A stretch of 64,000 nt of DNA from Spirochaetales bacterium (GTDB taxonomy: Bacteria; Spirochaetota; Spirochaetia; JAIPGG01). Positions 42,809-52,643 of this stretch are shown here, one piece after another; positions within the stretch are counted from its first letter, which is position 1, and every line of letters starts with the position of its first letter. Under the pieces are notes generated by a model, which saw only the letters and a list, made by a program, of their open reading frames with translations, made no database searches and was not told where the DNA came from. The stretch lies in assembly GCA_021736255.1 (NCBI GenBank), contig JAIPGG010000004.1, forward strand, positions 3,747-67,746, in the 5' to 3' direction. Both the position numbers and the translations under genes were made by a program.

Positions 42809-43849
42809 ATGAACCAGATTCCTGTTGCAGTCCTCGGTGCCACCGGCACAGTCGGACAAAAGTTCATTGCCCTTTTACAGGGTCATCCCTATTTCAGAAT
42901 TCATGAACTGGTAGCATCCCCTCGATCAGCCGGTAAGCCCTACCATGAGGTATGCCGCTGGAAACAGGAAATTCCTATGCCGGAGGAGATTGCCTCCAAA
43001 GTAGTCAAAACAACCGAGGACTCTCTCGAGAGCAGAGTACTTTTTTCAGGTCTCGACTCGAGCGTTGCAGGATCGGTAGAAACTCGATATGCCGAACAGG
43101 GACATGCTGTGATCAGCAATTCCAAGAATCACCGAATGGATCCGGATGTTCCACTCATCATTCCGGAAATCAACCCGGACCATTTCGAGATAACCAAAAA
43201 GCAACCCTACAAGGGAGCAATCATCACAAACTCCAACTGCTCCACCATGTTCCTTGCCATGACCCTCGCCCCCCTGAGGGACGCCTTCGGGATCGAGGCT
43301 GTACAGGTCACTACAATGCAGGCGATATCTGGGGCTGGGTATCCCGGCGTCCCGTCAATGGACATTCTCGGAAATGTTGTCCCCTATATATCAGGCGAAG
43401 AAGACAAGGTAGAAACGGAAGCCCAGAAGATCCTCGGTTCCATAAATGGAGACAGGATCGAGCCGGCGGAGTTTGCAGTCAGTGCACAGTGCACGCGGGT
43501 GCCGGTTTTCGACGGGCATACCGAATCCTTGTCGATCAAGTTTCAAAAGAAAGCGACGGTAGATGAAGTGAAACAGGTACTCTCCGGTTTCAAGGGAATG
43601 CCCCAGGAAGCCGAACTGCACTCAGCTCCCAAGCATCCAATCGAGGTCATGGAGCAGGAAGACCGCCCCCAGCCTGCCAGAGATGTCTGGCGAAACAAAG
43701 GAATGTCCGCGCTGGTCGGGAGAATACGTCCCTGCTCGGTTCTGGACATGAAGATGATGATAATGGGACACAACACAGTGCGCGGTGCTGCAGGGGCTGC
43801 CATATTGAACGGAGAAGCCTACGTCCACCTGGGGTATCTCGACTCATGA
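42809..43849 (+). CDS. asd: aspartate-semialdehyde dehydrogenase
   Basis: Start reassigned to MNQIPVAVLGATGTVGQ (RBS GGAGA). Active-site SNCSTM. Confidence 0.9.
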   Translation: MNQIPVAVLGATGTVGQKFIALLQGHPYFRIHELVASPRSAGKPYHEVCRWKQEIPMPEEIASKVVKTTEDSLESRVLFSGLDSSVAGSVETRYAEQGHAVISNSKNHRMDPDVPLIIPEINPDHFEITKKQPYKGAIITNSNCSTMFLAMTLAPLRDAFGIEAVQVTTMQAISGAGYPGVPSMDILGNVVPYISGEEDKVETEAQKILGSINGDRIEPAEFAVSAQCTRVPVFDGHTESLSIKFQKKATVDEVKQVLSGFKGMPQEAELHSAPKHPIEVMEQEDRPQPARDVWRNKGMSALVGRIRPCSVLDMKMMIMGHNTVRGAAGAAILNGEAYVHLGYLDS

Positions 43850-45189
43850 TAGTAGCCAAGTTCGGCGGTACCTCGGTACAGGATGCCGAGAAGATCGACC
43901 GTGCGCTGGATATTGTAGAGGCGCAACTCGAGAGAGCTCCTTTTCTCGTAGCCTCGGCTATGGGAAAAACCACGGACCGCCTCGTCGAAACAAGCCGCGA
44001 AGCTGAAAAGGGAAACTACCGAGAAAGCTTGAAAATACTGGAGGAGATCAAAACCCTCCACTACGAAACAGCCCGGTCATTTTTGCGTGGAAAAAATCTT
44101 GAAACCCTTCTCGCTAAGCTCGATCAGTTTTTTCAGGAACTCGGGTCTATCATTCGCGGCCTGTCCCTGCTCAAGGAATGCACTGCCAGAAGTTCGGACA
44201 CCCTCCTCTCTTTCGGAGAACTTCTCTCAACAACCGTAATCGCCGCCCGGGCTGAAGAACGTGGAATTCCGGTTACCTGGCTCGATTCCCGCCTGCTAAT
44301 CAAAACCGACAGCCAATATACGAATGCGGCCCCGGACAGAACAGCAACAGACGAGATTGTCCGCTCGGCTATAGAACCGGAACCCGGAAGGCTCTTTATT
44401 GCTCAAGGATTTATCGCCTCCGATCATCGAGGTATTACAACCACCCTCGGACGGGGGGGGTCCGATTTTTCGGCTGCTGTATACGGAGCCGCTCTTGGAG
44501 CGGAGGAAGTACAGATCTGGACCGATGTTCCCGGCATCATGACAAGCGATCCGCGGATTGTTCCGGAGGCTGGAACGGTCAGTGAGATAAGCTACCAGGA
44601 AGCGGCGGAACTTGCATATTTCGGCGCAAAGGTTCTGCACCCATCAACTATACAACCGGCCGTGGAGCGTTCAATCCCCGTATACGTCAGAAACACAGCG
44701 GATCCGGAGGGGAAACACACCAAGATAGTCAAAAAGGCATCCGGGCTCGAGGTTCGGGCTTTGGCAATGAAAAAGAACACCGTCCTTATCAATGTTTATT
44801 CGACTCGAATGCTCAACGCCTACGGATTTTTAAGCAGAATGTTCACGGTTTTTGAACGGTACAAAACGCCGGTAGACCTCATCGCAACCTCCGAGGTTTC
44901 GGTTTCCATGACCATAGACAGTGAAAACTCCCTGCAGGATATCCGCAAGGAACTCGAAGAGTTTTCCCAGGTTGAGATTGAAAAGGATCGCTCGATTATC
45001 AGCCTTGTCGGTACCGGACTGCGTGAACGGAACAACCTTCTTCTTTCGGTTTTCAAGAGTCTGAACGGTTATCCCGTCGAGATGATCTCTTTCGGTTCTT
45101 CCGATGTAAACCTCTCTTTGGTTGTTCCCGACAGCGAGGCCGAAGAAGCCCTGCGTGCACTCCACCGGGAATTCTTTTCAACGTTATGA
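43846..45189 (+). CDS. lysC: aspartate kinase
   Basis: VAKFGGTSV, an amino-acid kinase fold and C-terminal ACT domains. The ATGA overlaps asd. Confidence 0.9.
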   Translation: MIVAKFGGTSVQDAEKIDRALDIVEAQLERAPFLVASAMGKTTDRLVETSREAEKGNYRESLKILEEIKTLHYETARSFLRGKNLETLLAKLDQFFQELGSIIRGLSLLKECTARSSDTLLSFGELLSTTVIAARAEERGIPVTWLDSRLLIKTDSQYTNAAPDRTATDEIVRSAIEPEPGRLFIAQGFIASDHRGITTTLGRGGSDFSAAVYGAALGAEEVQIWTDVPGIMTSDPRIVPEAGTVSEISYQEAAELAYFGAKVLHPSTIQPAVERSIPVYVRNTADPEGKHTKIVKKASGLEVRALAMKKNTVLINVYSTRMLNAYGFLSRMFTVFERYKTPVDLIATSEVSVSMTIDSENSLQDIRKELEEFSQVEIEKDRSIISLVGTGLRERNNLLLSVFKSLNGYPVEMISFGSSDVNLSLVVPDSEAEEALRALHREFFSTL

Positions 45190-46019
45190 ACCTCACCCTG
45201 ATAAAAATCCAGGGGCCCGGTCGACACGACTTTCTTATACTCGACGACAGCTATCGCGGAAATTTTAAAACTGGAGAGGGGCTGCCGGAGCTGTCTCGTG
45301 TGGTATGCAAACGGCGTGCGGGGATAGGGGCCGACGGCCTCGTGCTTCTCAGCTGGGAGGAGCAGGAGGAGCTGTTCCGGCTTCAGCTTTTCCGGAGTAC
45401 CGGCAAAGAAAGTTCTCGTGTCGAAGATGCACTCTTTTGTGCCGGCAGATATCTCTTCGATTCCGGTCGGACCGGACGCGAAATGAATATTCTCACTCCC
45501 CGAGAAACCGCCGAACTCGAGGTCATCAACAGCGAAACACTCCGCCTCTATCTTTCCAGACCGGAAGATGAGTCGGGCCCCTTGAAAGAAGACCCCGATC
45601 GTTCATTTCTTCGAAGCCTCGGCAGCGAAGAGGGTGAAGCAACCTACATACCGGTACGAATCAACGAAAGGAATCATCTGGTCCGCTTTACCCGGAGCAA
45701 TGAACGAAAGGAAATAAAGGCTTTTACCCGCGCAGCCGCTTCCGAGGGATTGAGGGGAGATGTAGTATCTGTGATCGTTGCAAATAGAGAAAAACTGATT
45801 TTACCGGCCGTCCCACGCCGCGAGGGAGTACAGTACAGTCTCCAGTCCGCAGCTGCTCAAGTGGCTTCGGTGCTCCAGGGCTTTTGCGACCGAACAGTTC
45901 TCGTACGTGCGGGAAAACATACCTGCATCAGTGAATGGGACGAGGAGGATGACCGCATTACGATCACCGGGAAAGCCGGATATCGGTTTTCCGCCGAGTA
46001 TTATTATGAGCCCGGCTGA
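45186..46019 (+). CDS. diaminopimelate-epimerase-fold (DapF-like) protein, probably non-canonical
   Basis: IKIQGPGRHDFLILD and RRAGIGADGLVLL resemble DapF N-terminal motifs. I could not recognise the two Cys-containing catalytic motifs. The ATGA overlaps lysC. Confidence 0.55.
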   Translation: MNLTLIKIQGPGRHDFLILDDSYRGNFKTGEGLPELSRVVCKRRAGIGADGLVLLSWEEQEELFRLQLFRSTGKESSRVEDALFCAGRYLFDSGRTGREMNILTPRETAELEVINSETLRLYLSRPEDESGPLKEDPDRSFLRSLGSEEGEATYIPVRINERNHLVRFTRSNERKEIKAFTRAAASEGLRGDVVSVIVANREKLILPAVPRREGVQYSLQSAAAQVASVLQGFCDRTVLVRAGKHTCISEWDEEDDRITITGKAGYRFSAEYYYEPG

Positions 46020-46073
46020 ACGAGGACAGACTGCGTCTGTTTCGAAGCGGTCCGCTGTTTCAAAGCGGTTTTA

Positions 46074-46101
46074 TTGACAGTTTAGCAGAGTTTGCTATAT
46101 T
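46074..46101 (+). promoter_or_regulatory. candidate sigma-70 promoter
   Basis: TTGACA, 16 nt, TATATT, located 13 nt before ATG 46115. Confidence 0.5.
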
Positions 46102-46114
46102 CTCAAATCCGAAG

Positions 46115-47188
46115 ATGGAGCAGCATATCGGACTACTGATCTGCGCAGGAGCGGGTTTTGGGTTGAACATACTGATTACCCCCCTTATCCTGCGATTGTC
46201 TAAAAAATATAATCTCTACGACCACAGCAACAATCGAAAGATACACACTGGAGACATTTCCAGACTCGGGGGTATAGGGATCCTTCTCTCGTTCTTTGGA
46301 AGTATACTTCTCCTTTACGGCATAAACAGCATAGTACCGATTCCCGGTTCGACTTTTCTGGTTTCCAAGGAACTGCTTTTTTTTGTTTCCGGACTGATAA
46401 TTATTCACTTCATCGGTTTACTTGATGATTTCTGGAACCTGAGTCCTTTGTATAAACTGATTGGTCAAATTCTTGCAGCTGCAATTGTTGTAGCCGGCGG
46501 CTTACAGATAAACACTATCCTCCTTCCTTATGTGTGGTGCAGTATCGACCTGGGATGGACGGCTGTCCCGATCACCATGTTCTGGTTGGTGGGGCTGGCG
46601 AATGCAGTAAACCTCGTAGATGGTCTCGACGGCCTTGCCGGAGGGATTTCCGGTATAGCTGCTCTCGCTTTGGGTCTGTTCTTTCTCTTGCAGGGCCAGG
46701 CCCTCCCGTCCCTCATGAGCTTTGCATTGGTAGGCAGCGTTGCAGCATTTCTCGTTTTTAATTTTCCGCCGGCCCGTATCTTTATGGGTGACTCGGGAGC
46801 GCTTTTTCTCGGCTTCTTTGTGGGAGCTGTCCCGTTGCTGTTTCAACCCGGAGAAACTACCACCTTTTCTCTGCTTGTCCCGATTACCATGTTGATCATC
46901 CCGATTCTCGATACAGCTGCCGCAATCGTCAGAAGAATCTCCAGAAAAAAATCCATCGGATCTGCCGATCGTGAACATTTCCACCACAAACTGCTCGAAC
47001 TCGGATTTAGCGTAAAGAAAATACTTGTTCTTGTTTACATCCTCAGCATCGGGCTGCTGTTGTTAGCGGTTCTTACCACAAATCTAGAAAGGAATCTTTT
47101 TTTCAGCCTGCTTCTCTCTGCCTGGTTTGGATTCGGCCTCTTTTTCTACTGGCTTCATCGACGCATTCATCGCCCTCAAAACAGCTGA
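46115..47188 (+). CDS. polyprenyl-phosphate N-acetylhexosamine-1-phosphate transferase (MraY/WecA family, GT4)
   Basis: Polytopic, with NAVNLVDGLDGLAGG and FMGDSGALFLG motifs. Confidence 0.85.
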   Translation: MEQHIGLLICAGAGFGLNILITPLILRLSKKYNLYDHSNNRKIHTGDISRLGGIGILLSFFGSILLLYGINSIVPIPGSTFLVSKELLFFVSGLIIIHFIGLLDDFWNLSPLYKLIGQILAAAIVVAGGLQINTILLPYVWCSIDLGWTAVPITMFWLVGLANAVNLVDGLDGLAGGISGIAALALGLFFLLQGQALPSLMSFALVGSVAAFLVFNFPPARIFMGDSGALFLGFFVGAVPLLFQPGETTTFSLLVPITMLIIPILDTAAAIVRRISRKKSIGSADREHFHHKLLELGFSVKKILVLVYILSIGLLLLAVLTTNLERNLFFSLLLSAWFGFGLFFYWLHRRIHRPQNS

Positions 47189-47208
47189 GGGGGGAACCTC
47201 TTTTCCGT

Positions 47209-48558
47209 TCACCCGTCGATTGCGTATTCCTGCACTTTCCGGTGCAAGGTCTTCCGACCGATTCCGAGGGTCTCCGCTGTCTTGCTCTTGTTGCCCTTTT
47301 GGGACAAAAGAGTGGCCTTTATCACCTGTTTTTCAGCCTCCTGTAGTGTGGAACCGAGTGGAATTTTAATAGCATCATCCTCACTGCCGGAGAGCACCGA
47401 AGGAGGAAGATCATCCAGGGTGAGTATAGGTTTTTTAGACATCACGACCGCACTCTCGATACAGTTCCTGAGCTCCCGCACATTTCCCGGCCATGAATAC
47501 CGGTAGAGGGCCGATCTGGCCTCCGGATCGATTCCCTCCACGGATTTCTCGTTCTCTTTGGCGAACTCCTTGAGAAAGGCCGAAGTGAGCAGAGGGATAT
47601 CATCCTTCCGCTCACGCAGAGGGGGTATATTGATATTAACAACATTCAACCGGTAAAACAGGTCCTCCCTGAAACGCCCTTCTTCGATTTCCTTTTTCAG
47701 ATCTCTGTTCGTGGCAGAGATTATCCGCACATCGACTTCGAGGGTTTCCTCTCCTCCTACCCGCTCGAAGCGTTTTTCCTGCAAAACCCGCAGGATTTTG
47801 ATCTGCACGGACTGATTGATCTCCCCGATCTCGTCAAGGAATATATCTCCCCGATTTGCCAATTCGAATCTCCCCCGTTTCCGTGAAATAGCCCCGGTGA
47901 AGGCGCCCTTTTCATGGCCAAAGAGCTCGCTCTCCAAAAGAGATTCGGCAAGGGCTGCACAGTGTACCTTGATAAAGGGTTTTTCCTTTCTACTTGAAAG
48001 ATTGTGGATTGCATCGGCGATGAGTTCTTTCCCGACACCGCTTTCCCCAGTAATCAAGACCGAGGCCTTGGTAGGTGCTACCTGCTCGATCAGTTCGAAA
48101 ATCTTCTTCATCTGAGGGCTGCGGCCGATTATGTTCGAGGTGTGCTTTTTCTTTTCGAGTTCTTCCTGCAAAGCCTCGTGCTGCAGAACGAGCGCCCGGT
48201 TGGACAGGGCGCGTTTCATTAAGAGAAAAAGCCTGTCCAAATTCACCGGCTTGGTTAGAAAATCATAGGCGCCGTCACGCATTGCTTCTACGGCACTTTC
48301 TATCGTTCCATGTCCGGTAAGGATAATGACCGGGACGGTAGGATAAGCCGAGACTATCCGTTTGAGCAATTCTCCACCGGACATCTTCGGCATCTTGAGA
48401 TCGGCAATCACCAGATCCACATCGCCCCGATTCATGGCTTTCCAGCCTTCCTCTCCATCGGCGGCAAGAAGGACCTCATATTCCTCCATCTCCAGCGCTT
48501 TTTTCAAACCCTCACGTATATTCTTCTCATCATCAACGATCAGAATCTGAAAATTCAT
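47209..48558 (-). CDS. sigma-54-dependent response regulator (NtrC family enhancer-binding protein)
   Basis: Receiver (DLVIADLKMP), an AAA+ domain with GESGVGKE and GAFTGA, and a C-terminal Fis-type HTH. Confidence 0.9.
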   Translation of the reverse strand: MNFQILIVDDEKNIREGLKKALEMEEYEVLLAADGEEGWKAMNRGDVDLVIADLKMPKMSGGELLKRIVSAYPTVPVIILTGHGTIESAVEAMRDGAYDFLTKPVNLDRLFLLMKRALSNRALVLQHEALQEELEKKKHTSNIIGRSPQMKKIFELIEQVAPTKASVLITGESGVGKELIADAIHNLSSRKEKPFIKVHCAALAESLLESELFGHEKGAFTGAISRKRGRFELANRGDIFLDEIGEINQSVQIKILRVLQEKRFERVGGEETLEVDVRIISATNRDLKKEIEEGRFREDLFYRLNVVNINIPPLRERKDDIPLLTSAFLKEFAKENEKSVEGIDPEARSALYRYSWPGNVRELRNCIESAVVMSKKPILTLDDLPPSVLSGSEDDAIKIPLGSTLQEAEKQVIKATLLSQKGNKSKTAETLGIGRKTLHRKVQEYAIDG

Positions 48559-49723
48559 CCTGTTCTCCTTTCCAGTCCAACAAACGTCGCTTTCCTTCGG
48601 GCACGGGAAAAATTAGAGAAAAAACTGTTCCCTTTCCAGGCTTCGACTCCACCTGTATCTCTCCCATATGTTCCTTGATGATCTTGTAGGTCAATGTCAA
48701 ACCGAGTCCCGAGCCAAAATCCCGGGTGGTAAAATAGGGTTCGAATATTTTTTCCATTGTCTCTTCATCCATGCCATGTCCGGTATCCCGAATAGACAGA
48801 ACCACATCATTCCCTTCATTTTTGGTGGAAATTGTTAAAACGCCTCCGTCTTCCATAGCATAGAGAGCATTTTTGATGATATTGAGAACCGCCTGTTTTA
48901 TGTATTTCTCGTCGAGCTGCAACTCCGGCAAGTCAGACGAAAAATCCCGTTCGATGGCAACGCCCTTCTGCTCGAGTTCGTAGTGCATGAAATCCGCGAG
49001 ATCATCCATGAGGCTGTTTAAATTGGTCGGTTCGGGTTCAACATTCATCGGCCGAACGGCAAAGAGAAAATCAACAACGATCTTGTTCAGTCTCTCAACC
49101 TCTTCCTCCAAAACCCCGAGGTATTCTGTGAGTTTTGTCTTTTTTTCCTCTTCCAGCTGATTTGCAAGTTTCTGTATGAGCTGAATGTGAATACCCATTG
49201 ATCCGAGGGGATTTTTGATTTCATGAGCAACCCCGGCCGCCAGCGTGGTAAGCGAAGCAAGGTTTTCGGCCCTTCTGAGCCGTGCTTCCCGTTCACGCTG
49301 ATCGGTAATCTCGATAACATGAAGCAGGTTTCCTTCAATACCACCCTCCAGAACCAGGGGAACAATACTGCAGCTGAGTATCCTCTTTTTAGAACCTGAT
49401 TCGATGGTGAACACCTTGTCCCGAACACTGATTTGATCCTGCAGGTTGTCACGAACAAACTCGGCTACATCCTCGTCTTCTATTACCGTCCAGATTTGTT
49501 TTTCATACCAGTCCGGATCATGTAACGGTAAAAACCGCTCTATCTGTTTATTCATCAAAATCAGACGGTGTTCGGTATCTGCAACCATCACCCCGTCAAT
49601 CATCGAATCGAGAACCATTTCCAAAAGCTCGTTTTCATCCGCCAGGTCCAGAAAAAGAGAACGCAGCTGATGATGATCTATCCGATCGATTCTGTTCAAT
49701 GCCTTCTGAATGAATTTTCTCAT
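48533..49723 (-). CDS. cytoplasmic PAS-domain sensor histidine kinase
   Basis: PAS-like N-terminus, H-box VAHEIKNPL, and ATPase motifs DTGHGM and GSGLGL. It has no TM segments and overlaps the RR gene by 26 nt. Confidence 0.85.
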   Translation of the reverse strand: MRKFIQKALNRIDRIDHHQLRSLFLDLADENELLEMVLDSMIDGVMVADTEHRLILMNKQIERFLPLHDPDWYEKQIWTVIEDEDVAEFVRDNLQDQISVRDKVFTIESGSKKRILSCSIVPLVLEGGIEGNLLHVIEITDQREREARLRRAENLASLTTLAAGVAHEIKNPLGSMGIHIQLIQKLANQLEEEKKTKLTEYLGVLEEEVERLNKIVVDFLFAVRPMNVEPEPTNLNSLMDDLADFMHYELEQKGVAIERDFSSDLPELQLDEKYIKQAVLNIIKNALYAMEDGGVLTISTKNEGNDVVLSIRDTGHGMDEETMEKIFEPYFTTRDFGSGLGLTLTYKIIKEHMGEIQVESKPGKGTVFSLIFPVPEGKRRLLDWKGEQDEFSDSDR

Positions 49724-50931
49724 ACAGCGTCCCTGAGTCGATAAACAAGAGTTTCAGAGAGAAACTCCGGGGTTTGGTTATAGCTCTCCGCCATACGTCC
49801 AGTCTCCATAATAATCCTCTTCATTCGGTCGAACCGCTCAACGACACCGGGCCCAAAATCCTGGTTTTCTATCTGCTTCATCCCCGCCTCGAGGGCCGCA
49901 AGGAGCTCTTCGAGGAACACTTGAAAGCTTTGCGGAGGTCCTTCCTGTATAAGCCGGAGCGGCTCAGAAATAAGTGTTCCCGACTGCTTTTCTCCATTGA
50001 AAACAGATTCAAAAAGGCGGGCGGCGGTTTTTTGCATCCTGTCCCGGTCGATACCGCTGAAGCTGTGCATATAGTCGCGAATACGATGGTAATACCCTGG
50101 TTCTCTTCGAAAGACTCTGGCGAGTACTTCCTGTTCCCCGGAGGAGCCGCGGTCGGCAAACTCATAATTCCGGAGTCGCGAAAGTATAGTGGGAAGGAGT
50201 CTGCTCCGCTCCCGAGCTATAAGAATAAAAAAGGTATCGGTCGGAGGTTCCTCGAGGATTTTGAGAAACGCATTCGCTGCGCTGGTCTGAAGCTGCTGTG
50301 CTCTATCGATGATAACGGTCTTCGGGCCGCCGGAAGATGCGCTCATTCTCGACCAGAAGGCCACATTCCGAACGAGATGCACGGGAATACCGCCGGTCGG
50401 CAACCGGGTGGAAAGCTTTTCGGCTGATTCAATCAAATTCGTCAGCCGCTTCTCCAAAATCGCTTCAGACTCCAGTTCAGCCGGGGGAGCAATGGCTTCC
50501 GAATGATCCATGAGTTCTTCGAGAAGTCCTGCCGCCCCCCGGATACGGTCATTAGCCCCCTCCCAGAGGACCGGATCAAAACGCCGCGTGAGTTTTCTTA
50601 CCGCCCGTACGAGCATGTATCTCACTGCCGGGCTGTGATCGGCCCGCAGCATCTCAGCTGCGGCACGCAGTTCTTCCAGATGAGCTCGGTTCCCAATGAG
50701 CATCATATCCGGATGTTCGAGCAAACGGTGACTTCTGCATGAAGAACAACTGCAGTTCCATTCAGCCTGTCCTTTGCGGCAAGAGAGTGCACGGGAAAGC
50801 TCGAGAGCTGCAGTCAGCTTCCCGGAAAAGTCAGGTCCCGAAAATAACAACCCGCCCGGTAAATTGCCGGAGGCAACAGCAGCTGCCAATTCCTGGGCCA
50901 ACACGGGATGCCCGAGAAGATTATCAAACAT
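49720..50931 (-). CDS. holB: DNA polymerase III delta-prime-like AAA+ protein
   Basis: GGLLFSGPDFSGK P-loop-like motif, a Cys module CSCSSCRSH, and IIDRA and SRL motifs. At 403 aa it is longer than typical HolB. Confidence 0.65.
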   Translation of the reverse strand: MFDNLLGHPVLAQELAAAVASGNLPGGLLFSGPDFSGKLTAALELSRALSCRKGQAEWNCSCSSCRSHRLLEHPDMMLIGNRAHLEELRAAAEMLRADHSPAVRYMLVRAVRKLTRRFDPVLWEGANDRIRGAAGLLEELMDHSEAIAPPAELESEAILEKRLTNLIESAEKLSTRLPTGGIPVHLVRNVAFWSRMSASSGGPKTVIIDRAQQLQTSAANAFLKILEEPPTDTFFILIARERSRLLPTILSRLRNYEFADRGSSGEQEVLARVFRREPGYYHRIRDYMHSFSGIDRDRMQKTAARLFESVFNGEKQSGTLISEPLRLIQEGPPQSFQVFLEELLAALEAGMKQIENQDFGPGVVERFDRMKRIIMETGRMAESYNQTPEFLSETLVYRLRDAV

Positions 50932-51430
50932 TCAACACCTCCAAACGCTGATTCAAATCCCAGGGGAGTTCCTGCAACACCGGGGGAAGATAACGAAAGG
51001 TCCATTGTGCACCAAGACTCTCGTCGAGGAGTTCCTGCGCATCAAAAAACGGTTGGAGTTGAAGCGCCATAACGATGAGTACGACAAGCAGTACACCCTC
51101 TACCCAACCGAGAAGAAAACCGAATGCCCGATCGAGCTTTTCAAGATGGATTGCCTCCAAAAGACGGTGAAGCGCACTCTCGAGTATTTTTACCACAAGA
51201 TACACAACGAGTAAAATCATCAGAAAAGAAATGACCGGATTCCAGGCGGATTCTCCGAATGTCCTTTCAAGGTATGCTGAACCTGTACGGTAGAGCGTGA
51301 TTGCCGCCACCAGACTCAGGATAATCCCCGCCAGGGACATGAACTCTGCAATAAATCCCCGAATAGTACACCTGATAACAGCAACAAGGAGTACCGCGGC
51401 CAGGATGACATCAAGGACACCGATCTGCAT
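50924..51430 (-). CDS. cvpA: CvpA family membrane protein
   Basis: 168 aa with four TM helices, and an N-terminus typical of CvpA (VLDVILAAVLLVAVIRCTIRGF). Confidence 0.7.
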   Translation of the reverse strand: MQIGVLDVILAAVLLVAVIRCTIRGFIAEFMSLAGIILSLVAAITLYRTGSAYLERTFGESAWNPVISFLMILLVVYLVVKILESALHRLLEAIHLEKLDRAFGFLLGWVEGVLLVVLIVMALQLQPFFDAQELLDESLGAQWTFRYLPPVLQELPWDLNQRLEVLNV

Positions 51431-52570
51431 TCATACACCCGCCGTCTCGAGAATCCGGGCTGCTATCCGTTGTGCCGCCCCGGCCCGGAAGAGCCGGCTC
51501 GCCTTCTCTTCCATTGTTCGAAGCCGCTCCGGCTCGGCGGCCAGAGTATTCAAGTCATCCGAAAAAACCTTCGCCGGCGGGAGTTCGAGCGGCAGCTCAT
51601 CCCCCGTCCCGCTCCTGCCCGGGTCGGTGTCCTTCAGCCCGGGGCCGGCAGCAGCCCCCTGACCTCGGAAAAAAGCAGCATTCCGCACCTGGTCACCCCG
51701 AGTTCCCGAACCCGACAAAGGCAGAAGATAAGACGCCTTTCCAAGGGCTGCAAATTCCCACAAAGCACCCGCTCCGGAGCGGGACACGACAAGATCGGCT
51801 GCAGCAAGAATGGAGGGAAATTCACTGGTCCAAAAAGGACGACTGATATATCGTTTTGTATCGATGGAGGAAGGGACGGGAATCGGCTTCCCCGTTTGAT
51901 GGACTACAATCCAGCGCGGCAGTAAAAGAGGCAGGGCTTCGAGGACGAGCATGTTCATCTTTTCTGCTCCCTGACTTCCGCCTATAACCAGGAGGATCGG
52001 TTCCTCCCTGCTTACCCCCAGATAGCGTCTGCCTGCTGCGGAATCGGCTTCCATGATTTCTGAACGCACCGGATTCCCGGTTACTTCGAGTCTTTCCTGG
52101 ATAGAATCAGGGTAAAATTCCCTGCTTTCACAGAAAGGAATAAATACCCGCCTTGCACGCTTGAGCGCTACGCGGGTAGCAAGCCCGGGATCCATATCCG
52201 ATTCATGAGCATAAACCGGTATTCCGAGTTGCCCTGCTGCTAGTACGGAAGGAACGCTCACATATCCTCCCTTCGAAAAGAGGGCGTCGGGAGCAAGCCG
52301 TTTCAGCAACCTGCGGGACTGGAGAACCCCCAGAGCTACCCGAAACAGATCCAGCAGGTTTCTTACAGATAGATACCGGCGAACCTTGCCGGTTGATACC
52401 GGATAATATTGATATGGCCAACGAGAGAGAATTTCCCGCTCAATACCGTTTTTCGAACCTATCCAGACTATCCGGCATTCGTCGACGGTGGTCAAAGCTT
52501 CCGCAACGGCAATGCCCGGGAAGACGTGACCCCCGCTCCCACCGCCGGTTATTGCTATCAATCTTTTCAT
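51431..52570 (-). CDS. murG: lipid II synthase MurG (UDP-GlcNAc:lipid I GlcNAc transferase)
   Basis: ITGGGSGGHVFPG N-terminal motif and a GT28 C-terminal domain (GGSQGA). Confidence 0.85.
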   Translation of the reverse strand: MKRLIAITGGGSGGHVFPGIAVAEALTTVDECRIVWIGSKNGIEREILSRWPYQYYPVSTGKVRRYLSVRNLLDLFRVALGVLQSRRLLKRLAPDALFSKGGYVSVPSVLAAGQLGIPVYAHESDMDPGLATRVALKRARRVFIPFCESREFYPDSIQERLEVTGNPVRSEIMEADSAAGRRYLGVSREEPILLVIGGSQGAEKMNMLVLEALPLLLPRWIVVHQTGKPIPVPSSIDTKRYISRPFWTSEFPSILAAADLVVSRSGAGALWEFAALGKASYLLPLSGSGTRGDQVRNAAFFRGQGAAAGPGLKDTDPGRSGTGDELPLELPPAKVFSDDLNTLAAEPERLRTMEEKASRLFRAGAAQRIAARILETAGV

Positions 52571-52643
52571 GACGGATCAAATAATAGCACAGGCCTTCAA
52601 AGCGTATCAATGTAAAGCTGATGAGCACGGGATGGGTCGCTGT

